Below are positions 27,138 through 40,209 of a stretch of 64,000 bases of DNA, piece after piece. The translations under genes were made by a program, and so were the position numbers. The first letter of the stretch is position 1. Each line of letters opens with the position of its first letter. A model generated the notes under the pieces. That model was not told the DNA's origin and ran no database searches. It worked only from the letters and a program-made list of their open reading frames with translations. Source of the DNA: Camelus dromedarius (Eukaryota); the NCBI RefSeq assembly GCF_036321535.1, contig NC_087437.1, forward strand, positions 63,800,001-63,864,000, in the 5' to 3' direction.

Positions 27138-29089
27138 GGGTCCGAGAGGGGTGTGGCCCACTGCCTACCGCTGCCCCTGAGCTGCCTGCCACCCCAGGGG
27201 AGGATGACTGGCTAGAACTGAGGGAGCCAGGGGTGGGGGCCCGCCATCAGGCTTCTGCTGGCCTTGGGCCTCTGGCGTCTGTCTCAGATGGTCCAGGCTT
27301 TTGGCCATGCAGGTAAATGAAGCTGGAGCCATTTGTAGGGCCTGGGGTACAGATAGCCCTCCTCTCCTCCCATCCTGCCTTGAGGCCTCTTGCCGCTGCT
27401 TCCTGGAGCACTCCCTACCTTCCCCCTCCGCCACTCCAGGCAGGAGGAAATGGAGAAAGAAGATAATAAATCCCTGCAGAGGACAAGCCAAAGTGGGATG
27501 TGGGCCGGACCATCTCTGCCCCTCTCCTCGCCTGGCCCCTGGGGCTTCAGCTCTGATCTCTAGGTGGGAAATGGTCTGCCTGTCTGGGGTGTATCTGTGT
27601 GTTTGTGAGTGTGTGTACCGAGAATGTCCCTCATTAAGCTTCTGTGGGCCTCGTGACCATGACTCATAAACGCACAATCAGGCTGCGCTGGACGGAGACC
27701 TGTCCCCGGGGTGGGGGATGCCGGCTCCCGACGCAGCAGCCAGCACCAGGGCCCTCCGTGGTGCTCCTTGGCAGCCCGCCCCTGCCTTGTCCCTCCAAAG
27801 AACGGGCTGTGCGGTATCATCTGAGGAGACAGATAGGTCTTGTGTATCTCTGTCTGCATGGCAAGGGGATCCAGCGACAAGGAAGGTGCTGGCCTCGCCG
27901 CGGAGAGCCTGTCATTTGTGCAGGGCAGAGGGGCAGGTGGGCATCTAAGACAAGCCCAGAATCACTCTTAATCCAAGGGGAAGGAAACAAGAAGTGCAAG
28001 CCAAGAGTTAGGGTGGGGGGCTAGGAGGAGGAGGAGCTCAGAGCAGGCAGTCGGGATGTCCCATCCCAGTGGAGAAGAGCCTTGGGGGGCTACATGAAGG
28101 AGCCTCTGAGGCCCCGACATCACTGCAGGGGGCAGTGCAGAAGCAAAGGCCCAGAAGCTGGAGTGACTGGGGCGTGTCTGGGATCCCTGAATCTTCCCAG
28201 TGACCCATGTGCAGGGTCCTCCCTGGGGCAGGCAGAGGTGACGCCTCACATGCTGGCACGAGGAGTGTCTGTATAATGTAGCTGTAAGAGGGGTCCTGTG
28301 GGGTTTGTGGGCAGAAGCACATAGTTGCACCTTAGAAGGGGTGGACAGGGAGAGTCTGTGGGGTGGGGAGCATGTAGCGGGGCAAGGGGGTGCCCTGGAA
28401 AGAGGCTGACGCCGGTCTGGGAGAGTGGGATGAGGCCTGAGGCGGGCTGGGGAGCAGAGTGGAGTGGGAAGAAAGAGTGAAGGGAGAGGTTTTTCTCTTG
28501 GAAAAGTGACAGGATTTGGCAAGCGAGGAAGAGGAGGCGTGGAGGATGAGCCAGGGTAATGCTGTTGCCAGTCAAAGACAAGTGGGTGGGCGCTGCCTCC
28601 CTGGCCTTGGGCGTCTGGATGGAGGGGGCTGTCTGCAGCCTGCCTGTGCTTGGGGCCAGCACTGGAGCTGTTGGTGTGGTAGAGGGCAGTCCTCCGGGGA
28701 ATCATGATGGGACCAGGGGGATGCAGGGCCCTCTCTGGGGTACCTGGGATGGTGGGAGCACAGACCAGTTGGTGAGGTGGGATCTTTGGGTGAACCTGTC
28801 CCCCTGGCCTTTGTAGGAATGAGTGACCAGCATGGGTCCTGGCTCCTGGTGCCGGGGGTGCTTTGTAGCTTGGACCTGCCAGTGCACCTAGTAGCCAGGG
28901 CTCCCCAGGGAAATAAGCCCACTCTGATTCCTGGAGTGGCTCTCTCCTCACACAAAAGAGTTGGTGGCCGTGGCTGGTCCAGGGTCTTACTGTGCTGGAC
29001 TACTCTGCATCTTCCTCCAGCACGTTCCAGGCGTCTCGAGTCATCTTACCCCCAAGTCTTCATTTGTATTGTTTTCTGAGTTTCTCTTA

Positions 29090-29275
29090 GTGGAATTCTA
29101 GCATGTCAGAGGTAGAAGGAACTTTAGCTAGCACCTCCAACTCTCTCATTTTCAGTGGAGCAAATGGAGGCCCAAAGAGGTGAGGTGACTACCCAAGGTC
29201 ACAGGGCTAGTCTGTGGTTGATTTAGACTAAATTGATTGAGATTCAGACCCAACTTCTGACTTGAGATACTGTCC
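29090..29275 (-). mobile_element. MIR SINE (MIR3/MIRc-like)
   Basis: ctcattttcagtggagcaaatggaggcccaaagaggtgaggtgactacccaaggtcacagggctagt. Confidence 0.65.
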
Positions 29276-29821
29276 TCTTTCCCCGTCGCCTCCTTTATTT
29301 ATAGATTGCTGGCCTCTTAGTCAGGAGATACATGTCCATTTCCAGCGTTCAGTAAAGTGGACATTTAATAAAAATTTGCTGCCTGAATGAAAGGACAGTG
29401 CTTAGCAGGGGCAAATATTTGTTCAGTTAGGGAGTGAGAGGGGCTTAAGGAAATGTCCTCTGGGTGCCTGGCTGTCCAGGGCCTGTGAGAGAGGAGGGCT
29501 CACTGGCTCTGGCCAGCTTGGTCATCAGGCAGTGGTTTCCATCACTGCCCTGTGGGGAGCCTGGGAAGAAGACCAAGGAGGAGAGGGTGGGGACCTCTTA
29601 TTGGCACCAGCTTCCTTTCTTCCCTGGAAAGGCAGACCCATTTGTGCCCTTTTCATGCCTCCTGGTCCAGACCACGCATGGTGCGATGCAAAGGAAGGAG
29701 GGAGGGACCCTGTACCTTGAGAGGTGTCAGGAGATCAGAGGCACTTGAGCCAGACTGGCATGCCTACAGGGCCAGATGGAACTGCAGTGCGCCTTTGGGC
29801 GTCACGTCTCTGAGGGGAAAG

Positions 29822-30172
29822 ATTCGTCAGTTTGGGCTGCCGTAACAAAATACCGCAGGCTGGGTGGCTTAAACAAGACATCTATTTTCTCACAGTTCTA
29901 GGGGCTGGAAGTCCAAGATCAAGGTGCCAGCAGATTCGGTTTCTGGTGAGAACTCTTTTCCTGCCTTGCAGATGGCTGCCTTCCTCCTGGGTTCTCACAT
30001 GGCCTTTCCTCTGTGCGTGAGCTTGGAGAGAGAGGTCAAACCAGCCCTATTGGATGAGGGCCCCACCTTTATGACCTCATTTAATCTTCATTACCTCCCC
30101 AAGACCCCATCTCCAAATACAGTCACATTGGAGGACATGTCAATGGGGGAGGGGGAACAATTCAATCCGTAA
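29822..30172 (-). mobile_element. MaLR solo LTR (MLT1A-like)
   Basis: tttgggctgccgtaacaaaataccgcaggctgggtggcttaaacaa...tctcacagttctaggggctggaagtccaagatcaaggtgccagcag...ccccatctccaaatacagtcacattgg. Confidence 0.88.
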
Positions 30173-30545
30173 GAGAGAGGGTTTGCCTCTTCCTCAGTAT
30201 CAGGGTGCCCTGTCTGTGGGTGTGAAAGGCCTGCTGGTAGGAAATTTGCTCCAAATCTCGAGGTCTCTACAAGTTTCTGTGAGAGAGTCGTCACGTCCTG
30301 TCATTTACCTCAGATGAGAGGGCAGAGTCTGAGTGTCCCTTGTCCTTAGAGTTTTCTCCCCTCCTTCCCAATCAGATCGGGGCCAAGGAGGGCCTTTGGG
30401 AGATGGACTAGGTCATCTCTCTGTGGGGCAGCCTGGTGTCTTCCCCAACGCAACTAGACAAAATGCTCTGATGATAAACGTTCCAGAGAAGGCGATTCTT
30501 GCCGTTAGCCCTTTGTGGGAAGAGTCTGGAAGTGAGTCCTGAAGA

Positions 30546-30636
30546 ATAAAGTCTCAGAAAGAGAGCTTTGGGGGTGGAGGTGACCTATTCAACAAGACAG
30601 CAGGTCCTGGAGGATACGACCCTCCTCGGGATAACA
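30546..30636 (+). pseudogene. ADCY5: Degenerate counterpart of the human ADCY5 alternative first coding exon (isoform 2 N-terminus); start codon and splice donor absent
   Basis: Reads ATA AAG TCT CAG AAA GAG AGC TTT GGG GGT GGA GGT GAC CTA TTC AAC AAG ACA GCA GGT CCT GGA GGA TAC GAC CCT CCT CGG = IKSQKESFGGGGDLFNKTAGPGGYDPPR. Human isoform-2 N-terminus as recalled: MKSQKEGCCSRGDLSIQTGPGGEWAPRR. Confidence 0.65.
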
Positions 30637-31759
30637 CCATCCTCGCTTCCTGCCCCTCGGCCATCTCTTCCTCCTCCTGTCCCTCCGTCTCCCGCCCTGG
30701 GCACCTCCCCTGGGTCCTGCATTATAACTTCCTGTCTCTGGGTGGGGCCTTTGTCTCAGATTTTTTAATATGAAACGTGGCAAAGTAGAGAGAATAGTGA
30801 ACTCCCATATACCCATCATTCAGATTCAATGATTGTCAGGATTTTTCCCACATTCACTTCATTTTTTTTCCCCTCTTGCTAAAGTATATTGAAGCAAATT
30901 CCAACCATCATGTCCATTTACTTGTTTAAACTTAGTATGTCTGAAAAAATGTGTACCTGAATTTGATCTCTGCCTCTCTGTGTCATCCCACGTTTGTCAG
31001 TGATGCCCTCACTGCTCAGTTTCTTCACTGTGAATTTTTCCCAAGGGTGCAGTGTTGGGTAAAATAAAGAAGACCTTAAAAAGAAAAGCAATGTAGTAAG
31101 AAGGTGTACCAGATTAAACCCGAGGCCTGGGTTTTGTAATTAAACTGTGTTCTCCCCTGTAGGAGCTCTTCCCTAAGGTCACAGAGGTGCTGTGGGACAT
31201 GCCACTCCCTCTCTCTGGTCGCAGGAAAAGTAATCATTTTCTAAACAGTCCCACAGACACTGAAGAGAGGCACATTAGTCCTCCCAGGGGCCACCGTAAC
31301 CCCCGGGGAGGACAAGTGGCCCGGCTCAGAAAGAATCTGGGTCATTTTATCTTGTGCCATGAAGATCTCCCCAGGGCTCTGGTGGGAAGTGTCCTGACCA
31401 GCGAGACCACAGGCACGTGGCACGCGGTGTGGGGCTGTACTCGTCAGTGTGGGACTGGGGGAGAGGCTGCTTGGGGCTCTGTCCAGGGCTGAGGTTCCAC
31501 CCTGTCCCCTGGTCCCCCGCTGAATCGAAGGAAGTTTAATGGTTGAGTCTCATTCTCTCTAACAAATGAATTTCTCCCTCTCTTGGCAACCTAAGCCATG
31601 TTTACAGAAAATATCAGAGTCTAGAATAAACAGTTCCTGTCAGACTCAAGGGCCAGTGGGGACCGTGAGAGAACCTGAGGGTCCCCTCCCTGGTGACCGG
31701 GAGGGGCTGCAGGCCCTGCTGTGGCTCACCCCTCAGCTCTTCTCTCTAGGGGTCCCAGA

Positions 31760-32245
31760 GGCTGGTGTGGTGGAAGCTTTAGAGTCAGACAGCCCTCCAT
31801 TCAAATTCTCCTTCCTGCCTTGGTACCCGTGTGACCTTGGGCAGGTTACTTAGCCTCACAGAGCCTCAGTTTCCTCATTTCTAAATCCTTGGAAGGGTTG
31901 CTTTAAGGATGAGTTGTTAAGTCAAGCCACTAGTTCAGGACTGGTCCTCAGAAATGCTGCTTTCTCTCCCTCCTGACCGTATTCAGTACTAGACACAGGG
32001 AATCATTGGCAAAACAAATCATTGGCCAAAAAAGAGAAAAAAAAGAAAAAAAGAAAAAGAAATAAGGAAAAAAAAGAACTATTGTTGGTACAGTTTCTGA
32101 GGAGCATTGCCCATACATTATCTCTTTGGGGTGTCAGTAAAGTAGGAATTATTATCATCCCCGTTTTGCATATTTGAAAATTGAGGCTCAGAGAGGATGA
32201 GAGGATTGTACAAAGCTGCTCGGTAAGCGTGGAGGTGGGGCTTGG
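31760..32245. mobile_element. Two MIR fragments in opposite orientation, with an A-rich run between them
   Basis: tgtgaccttgggcaggttacttagcctcacagagcctcagtttcctcattt (+) and attatcatccccgttttgcatatttgaaaattgaggctcagagag (-). Confidence 0.65.
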
Positions 32246-34133
32246 GCGTGGCACAAGCTAGTGGGTGAAATCAGTGTGGAGTGGCTGGAGGGCTAGTCTT
32301 GTCCACCTGGGAGCAGGCTGGGGTGGAATGAGAAGTGGGACAGGCCTTTGAAGATTCAGTGTCCCCCAACTCAGTTTTCACTCATCCATCCTAAGCATAA
32401 CCTCCAGCAGTTTATATGCCTTTCGCTCACAACACACTGTCTGGGCCACTATTCAGTCTCTCTCTTCCCCTCTGAATCAGCTGGCAGGGACCTTCGAGGT
32501 CACCTCCACTAGCTCTGTCTGGGAGTGAGGCTCAGAGTGAAATGACCTATCCAGGGGCACACAGTCCATGATGGGCTGGGACGTGGCTCCCAGGCATTGC
32601 TGTGTCTACTCCACGGCCTTGCCCCTCCTTGGCTTTCCTTAGTCTTTGCTGTTGTTTGCACCTTCAGGACAGATACTGGGGTTTATATCTGTCACACCCA
32701 GCACAATCATGTTTAATAAATACTCATTGAACAGATCAAAGGGGAGGTGAATTGCTTTCTCTGTTCTTTCTGAGCCAAAAACCAGAGATGCCTCAAGTTG
32801 CAGCCAGAGACATTGAGGTTGGACTGACAGTGGGTTCGGGCAGGTCGGCTTCCTGTGGTGGCCCTGCTGCCCGACTCTCTGGAGGCTGCAGACTCAATCG
32901 TTTCTGGTTTGGGATTTGTTTGGAGGACTCCTAGCCAGATCTGGATACAGAGCTGAGCCCTGATCTGGCCTCCCAACTTCAGGCCTCAGGTTTCTGAGGG
33001 GGGCCCACACACGCATTTCTCTATGGTTCTGTTCCACAAATTCTGTCTGGGAGGGAGCGTCTCCCTCCGTCCCTCCTCCAGCTGAGATCAGAGGACTCCC
33101 AGACACGGACCACCTTCCTCAGGCCCCAGGCCACCCATGGGCCTGAGTGCACCCCTTGGGGAGCTCGTCAGGGACGGGAAGTGCTCCTGCCTGCCTGAGA
33201 TTAGCGCAAATGGTGCATGTTTTAGGCACGCTCAGTGCCTGCCTCGGGAAAGGTCACTGCTTAAGATAACAGCCTGGACCTGGCCTTGGCCCGTCTGCTG
33301 GGAAACAGGGTCCGCAGCTCCTCTCCCATAAGCTGGCAGCATCTCCCAGATGAAAACGGGAAAACAGAACAGGGGAGAGATGAGCCTGTGTCGTGAAGTC
33401 TGCTGCTAACGCCGAGGATGTCTCTGGGGGCTCCGTGACTTCTCACAAATCCAAATTTAACCAGGAAACAAAGTCCACATCTGGGCTCAGACGTCCGCTC
33501 TGTGAGGCTGGCTGTACTGGGCCTCTGTACCTGGAGGGAGATGGTCCCCAGTCGTTGTGACAGGAGTGTTAGTGGACAGAGCTATTTAGGGCAGTCGTCA
33601 ACTGAGCACGTCTCTGTGACTGCCCCTTTTTTGTTTGTTTGTTTGTTTTGTTTTTAGCCTGAGGAAGGCTCCAGATGTTTCTAGTTCTCCAGATGTTTTT
33701 TTGTAGTGAAGCTGAAGACCAGAGTTAGAAAATGAGGGATGCGGGGGAGGTGGGCCCTGAAGCCTTCCACATAATGGATAACCAGCTAACAGTTTGTCCT
33801 CCGTGGGGGCTTACGTTCCTTCCGCCCTGGCCTCCTACCTTCCCCCCGACCATCCAGCACATCCCTCTCTTTGGTTTTTGTTTTTTCTCCTCTCAGAGCT
33901 CTCTGTAACCAGCACTGTAACCATTGCCTTCATTCCCATGACATGTAACCCCAAGAATTGTCCTTGGGCCCTGGCCCCTTTGGGAATCACTGGGAGTGCC
34001 TGGACATGGGAGGACGTTGTGGTGGCATTTTTTGGTCTTCATTCCAAGTCAGAGGGAGACCCACAGGGACAGTCCTATCAGGCTTTTTTTCTCTGTCACT
34101 CTGGGTCTATCCCTCCCATTAGGGGGCTCCATG

Positions 34134-34258
34134 TAGTTGTTGTTGGGGGGAGGTAATTAGGTTTATTTCTTTATTTTTAGAGGAGGTACTGGAGATTGAA
34201 CCCAGGACCTCATGCATGCTAAGCATGTGCTCTACCACTTGAGCTGTACCCTCCCCCA
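34134..34258 (-). mobile_element. Camelid tRNA-derived SINE (Vic-1 type)
   Basis: gggggaggtaattaggtttatt...gaggaggtactggagattgaacccaggacctcatgcatgctaagcatgtgctctaccacttgagctgtaccc. Diverged flanking repeat ctccatgt on both sides. Confidence 0.85.
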
Positions 34259-36469
34259 CAGCGGCCTCCATGTCCTAGTGGGGAGAATGCCTTCTCTAAG
34301 GGCAGCCTGGTGGCAGGAATCGTAACTAAGACAGGGCACCCAGGCCAGACCCAGTAAGGCCCGCAGAAGATGCTTCCTTTCCTGCTGTGGCATTCCCCTG
34401 TGGTCAGGAGGCCTCCCTGAAGCCTAGCCTCTTTCCCTCCCGAGGCCTCTTCTGATCCTCCCCTGTGTGGAGGAAGATTTTGTGAGGGGGCCTTGTTGGC
34501 CTCTTCTGGAGAGGAGGGTAGGTGTCCCGAGCTCCTAGCTTGGTGTTCCGAAGCTCTGCTGGCCTGTGTGGGGGAGGGCGTGCTCCAGAAAGTGGGAAGT
34601 TCTATTTGGGTGGGTTTGGTAAATGGGCCCACAGGCAACAGGGACAGGAACCGGGCTCTGTGTGGGGAAGGGTGATGAAGGCTACAGTCTGTCCACCTGG
34701 GACTCTGTTGTACAGTCAACATGGGCAGAAAGCCACACATGGGCTCCCTCACCTGTGTTGACATGTCAGCCCAGCTGTCCCTTTAGGTTGAGCCGTTTGG
34801 GGGCAGGCATGCCAGAGCCCAGAGGCCTGGTGCCCAGGCTGCCCTGGCCTCAGAGTCTGAGTTCAGGAAACCCCCTCACTTTCCCTGCTTTGTTTTTAGG
34901 CCTTGGGCTGAGCGCTGGGGTGGGTGTGGGGCGCTGGGCAGAGCAGGTAGTGCTGGGCTGACACTCTGTAGGAGCCCGGGGATAGGAGGAGGGTGAGGAG
35001 AGCAGGCAGGTGCTGGCATCCTGAGCTGGGCTCTGGCCTTTGTCCTCTGTCCCCTTGGGTCAGCATCTATTGTCTCTGGAGGTTCCTGTCTCAGGCTGGG
35101 AACTCAGAGGACACAGCCTCTCAGAATGTGACCTCCCTCAGGTGCCCAGGACAGGGCCCCTAGCATGATCATCTGACTCCTTGGACAGCGATAGAAGATG
35201 GTTGACTGGCGTCCACTTGCTCCTTGTTTATTTAAGGCTCTGCTTTCTCTTCTGAACCTGGAAGGATTCCATTCAGTTTTCCAAACATCTGTTTTGCTTG
35301 CTCAGCCCTCTGTGAGGGGGCCCCATGATGGACAACAGGCACTTATCACTGGGAGGCCTGGGCAGAATGCTGGGAGTGGGGAGAGGCGCCACGGGGCAGG
35401 GGAGAAGAGCTTTCGGACAAACAGAACTGGGCCGTGGAGGCTGCGCTTGGCAGTGGAAGGCATATTTGACAAATTGAGAATGTCTTTGTGTTGTTGCTGG
35501 TTTGGAGGTGACTGGGAACCAGAATGACCAGTGCTAACAATTTGAATTTTACCTGGTAGGTGATGATTAGCCATTGAAAATGTTTGAATAGAGGATGAGC
35601 ATGACGGTGATGATGAGTGTAAGAGCTTCCATTTCTGAGCCTTCGCAGTGTGTGCTTTATGTTTTACATCCATTGATTTCCTCTAAGGAGGGTTTCGTTA
35701 TCCTGGTTTTCCAGAAAATTGAGTCTCAAAGATTATCCTACTAGTAGGCTCTGAAGTGTGATTCCAAAGCCAGACCAGGTGCAGGGTGTGGCCAGGGTCC
35801 TTGGAGTAAGAGGGTGAGCTGACACCTGGGAGGTGGGGGTGGTCCCAGGCTGCTCCCTCCAGAAGGAGGAGGAGGCAGGGAGGAGAACTCTTCCAGTGGG
35901 CGGAGATGCCCCGGAAGGGAGTCTTTGTGAGCCGTTTCCTGAGGAGTTTTAGAAAGGAAACTCCCAGTCACTCTGCTGCCCTTAAAAGTGATGAGCTGTG
36001 TTCCCATCCCCATCCCTCCCTCTCTCATCCTCCTGGCTCTGGAGGGGGCCCTGGGGGCTGATGGGGACCTCCTTCTGGGCATAGACTCCCAGCACCAGGC
36101 TGTGTGGGGAGAACAGAGGGAGGTCCCTTTGTCTCCTCCTGCCTGGGGACCTCCAGCCTATGGGGCCACTGCCCCAAGAACGTAGGTGGAGGAATGGGTG
36201 TGGTAGGGGCTGTGGAAAAAACTGGGGTGGCAGCAGCAGACAGATTTATTACGGCTCTCCCTTTAGGTGTTTGCCTTTCCCAGGCCAGTGGGCTGGTGAA
36301 GAGAGGGAAAGTTAATCTATATCAGGTGATAGATTAGCTCCTCTGAGCACAGGAAACTTTCTCAGCTCAGCCAGCTGGGGCCTGGAGGGTGGGTGGGGCT
36401 GGGCCATGAAGGAGTGTCTTTCAGGGGCAGTTTCCACACTATTAAGGAAGCAGGTGCCAGGGGAGCAGT

Positions 36470-36612
36470 ATCTTAATCACCTGGAGGGCTTCCCGGGCCC
36501 CACCGCAGGGTTGCTAATTCCCAAAGTGCGGATGGGGCCCAAGAACTTGAATTTCTAGTCAATTCCCAGGTGATGCTGCTGCTGCTGGCTTGGGGTTCCA
36601 CTTTGAGAAGTT
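36470..36612. mobile_element. MER5A-like hAT-Charlie element
   Basis: aatcacctggagggct...ggggcccaagaacttgaatttcta...ttcccaggtgatgctgctgctgctgg...cactttgagaa. Confidence 0.7.
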
Positions 36613-37571
36613 TATGGTGAGAGACTCCCCAGGGAGAGTTTATGGTGACTCTTCCCTCACCCCACCTAGCTGCTTGGACAGGTCTGTGGTCAGGAACTCG
36701 CCCTTTCCACCTGAGAAAGCCCGTCCTGCCTTGGGGCCCTGTTTCAAAGGACACCTTCTGCTGTGGCTACACTAAGATCCGAGTGTGCTGGGCCACCTGC
36801 CCTCTTTCTCGTGTTCTGCCTGGTTTCACATGCTGTTGCACACTCCTAGAACACTGGGAGTCACTCTCATGAATCCCCAGGGCACCCGTGGTGCCTTGCA
36901 CAGGCCCTGGCACATAGAGGAACCAGGGGCTAAGTGGGTCTGGTTAAACTGGGCCATTGTTATGATTAAGCCAGTCTCAAAACCAGGAAATGAAGGTTCA
37001 GAAGGGGAGGGCATTGCACAGAAGCCTCCCAAGGCTGGTTCAGGGCAGAATCAGAACTGGAACCCGGCTTCCTAGACTCCTACTGTATACTGTCTATTTA
37101 GACAGTTTTATCAAATAATTTCCATAAGCTTAAAATGCCAGCTAGTTCTCTATGTCTTTCCATATCTAGAGAGATATATTATATATATATATATGTAAGT
37201 GCAGTCTGCCTAGCCAGAATTTTGTGTCAGCTGTTTTTTTTTAAAACTTAACATTTTGCATACTGCTTTTGTTGCTGAGTGTACAAATGAATGTCTTTTG
37301 TGTGATGTCCCTGCATTATCTCATATAACTCTCACAACAACACTGAAGGTAAGTGTTGTGACTGTATTCATGAGTTAGAAAATCCCACAGAGGTTATGTT
37401 CCATGGTTTGCTTAATGTTTTCCAAGCATCATGAACTTGGAATTGGTGTTTGGAATTTTCACTGTAGGTCCAGGGCCTACAATGTACTGTCCCAGGCCAC
37501 CTCTTATATGTTTTTTTATGTGCCCACTGTACACAGTGTATCATGGATGGATTATCCAATCTGATTCTTTT

Positions 37572-37976
37572 TTTAAAATTGAGGTGAAATTTACATGATA
37601 CAAAATTAACCATTTCAAAGTGTACAATTCAGTAACATTTAGTACATTCATAATGCTGTGCAATCACCACCTCTGTCTAGTCTCAAACACTTTTGTTACC
37701 CACCCCCCAAGAAAACCCCATACCCATTAGTAGTCATTCCTAATTCTCCACTTCCCCCAGCCCTCAGCAACAACTAGTCTGCTTTCTGTCTCTACGGATT
37801 TACCTATTCTGGATATTGCACATAAATGGAATCATGCAATACGTGTCTTTTTGTGTCTGGCTTCTTTCACTTAGTATAATGTCTTTGAGGTTCATTCGTG
37901 TTGTAGCATACATCATGTACATCGTTCCTGTTTATGGCTGAATAATATTCAGTTACATGGATATACCACATTTTGT
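37572..37976 (-). mobile_element. L1MB-type 3' fragment with degenerate TSD
   Basis: aattgaggtgaaatttacatgatacaaaattaaccatttcaaagtgtacaattcagt...aatggaatcatgcaatacgtgtctttttgtgtctggcttctttcacttag. Flanks are ttatccaatctgattcttttt and ttatccaatcccgttcttttt. Confidence 0.88.
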
Positions 37977-38835
37977 TTATCCAATCCCGTTCTTTTTGGT
38001 AACTAAAGAAATCTGAGGGCTTATGTGTCATGCTGAAGTGGGGTGCTAGTGTTTGAGAAGAGAAGAGATCTGGGAGAGGAGTTTACTGAGGGGGACTGCA
38101 TGGGGCAGTGGGAGAATGTAGGGAGTTGAGAGGGTAGAGTTGGTGTTCAGACTTCAGACTGGGCATGTGGCCTTGAGGGATCAAGAGGACAGAGCAGGAT
38201 GATGAAGTTTGGCAGGGAGGGGCAGCAGAAGGGGTGTCACATTACTAGAACAGAGGAGCAGTCAGTTCAGGGAAATGTGGTGGCTGAACTCCAAGGATGT
38301 CTCCAAGCCTGCATGTGAATGGCTTCAAGTTGAGGAATTTTGATCTAAAACCAAGGAGTGACCTGGTGCCCAGATGGAAAAAGTCCTGGATTTCCTGGGA
38401 AACAGGAACAATAGCTATGGCCTGGCCTGCAGGACGGGCGTGTGAGTGACAGGCTGGCCGAGTACGTCCCTGAGAGGAGCTGGCCTGGGCAGGAGTAGGG
38501 TGGTCCTGGATGCTGTCGAGAGCCTTAAAATGAGGAGCTGGGGTGGGTGGAGTTGTGGGACCGCCAGCTTGCTCAACCCCAGGTCACCCGAGCATCCTTG
38601 TCCCTCCCAACATTACAACAGCCAGCGTTCATTTGATCATTGTTTGTGCCATTTGAGTAATCGTGGGAGGAATGGAAAGGGAATACCCCTGAGTCTCAAA
38701 AGCACAGTTTCAGGAGGGAAAAAGTCCCTTTTCTCTCCTCCTCATTTCCTCCAACTCAAATGAAACACCACTTTGCCGGTCAGCGGCACCAGACAACTCT
38801 CTTTGTAACTGACTGAAGAACCCTAGGGTAAGTGT

Positions 38836-39047
38836 TTTTTTTCTATTGTGGTATAGTTCCTGTACAGTAAACTACACATATTTCAAATGTACAATTTGAT
38901 GAATTTTAATAGATATATACACCAATGAAACCACTATCGCAATCAAGATAGCTAACATTTCCATCACTCCCCAAGAGATGCAATTTTCAAATTCCTAATT
39001 ATCCCTTCCCACCCTCTTTACCCTCTGGTAACCATAAGTTTGTTGTT
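38836..39047 (-). mobile_element. L1 3' fragments
   Basis: tattgtggtatagtt...aaatgtacaatttgatgaatttta...gaaaccactatcgcaatcaagata...catttccatcactcccca, then ctggtaaccataagtttgtt. Confidence 0.7.
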
Positions 39048-39577
39048 TGTAGGTGTTATTATTATCCAGGTATGGTGAGGCCATTGGCAAATGAGGAGAC
39101 AGCTGCCACTGAAAAGAGGGTTTGGTACAGTTCCCAAGAGGAGAGGGCACATTACACCATGGGCGGGGTGGGGAGGGGGCACCCAGGGAAGCAGTGGGGA
39201 CAGTCAGGAGGCAGAGTGAGGGCAAACGCGGGCAAGAGCCTATATTGTGGTTTCTGTGGGATGGGATGGATGAGGCAGGGTAAGCAGGCTTAGGACTGGC
39301 TAGTTTGATTAACGTCAGTGAGCTCTGGGGCATAGGGCTGTCCCAAGTCAGCTGGCCTCTCCCTGGGATGACTCGGGCAGGGGAGTAGTGGTCCCTAGTG
39401 TGGGAGCGTCAGAGCTTGATAAGGAGTGGTTGGGGGTGGGGCTCCGGATGGGTTGGTTTGCATATGGAAGGTTCTCCCGCAGACAAGAAGGAAGTCATTT
39501 ACTACCCCCAGGAACTGACTATGCCCAAGGTGTGAAAGCATCCAAAACACTGAAAAATGAAAGTTATGATTGGGACA
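39048..39577 (-). mobile_element. ERVL solo LTR (MER74/MER73-like)
   Basis: Reverse strand starts tgtcccaatcataac...ttggatgctttcaca and ends ...ggcctcaccatacctggataataataacacctaca. Internal cttaccctgcctc...gaaaccacaata(t)aggctcttgccc resembles the MER74 family. Confidence 0.65.
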
Positions 39578-40209
39578 GTGGGGAACCACAGGGACCTTGT
39601 TCTTAGCATGGACCTACTCAGGCCTGGCAGGGGCACGTCTCCCCTTGCTCCCTGTGCCCCTCCTTGCTTCTCGTGGCTCTCTCAGGTCCTGGAGGAGAGA
39701 ACAATGTTAGAATCCATCTTCTCTGCCTGGGTGGACTCTTGGAAGCCTTTGCATTCCAAAAAGAAGAGGACCAGGAAGATGGACACACCCTGGCCCAAAA
39801 TGACTTGTCTGCCTGTCCATCTCTGTCAGCTCTACACTGGCACTCAGAGCATGCAGGGGTGGGGCCACTGCGGGCCTGGGTCTTGGCCACAAAATCAAGG
39901 CCACAGCAGCAGGAGGGCAGGCCTGGGAGCCTGTGCTGGTTGGCCCACAGGACTTCCCCAGGCAGCTCTGCTTTCAGACACCACTCCAGCCCAACCATGG
40001 CAATAGTCATAGGTCACATTTCTGGTTCTGGCATTCCCCATGGCCCTCCTTATGTCGCCTGTGTTGTCCCAGCAGCACCCTAGAGGCAGGGAGGGTCTGT
40101 CTAGTTCTCTCTGTGGTGCATGAGAAAATGGAAGCTCAGAGGAGGCCAGAGTGAGGGGCTCAAACCCCAAGTAAACACACTTACTAGATCCCTCTGACAG
40201 GGTTTCTCT

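Noticed and set aside
27968..28951. 327-aa minus-strand ORF
   Set aside because: Non-ATG start, Pro-rich composition from a G-rich plus strand, no recognisable homology, and no retrocopy hallmarks such as a poly(A) tail or TSD.
32001..32078. Duplicated aatcattggc followed by an A-rich run
   Set aside because: Could be an orphan poly(A) tail, but no element body or flanking TSD is identifiable.
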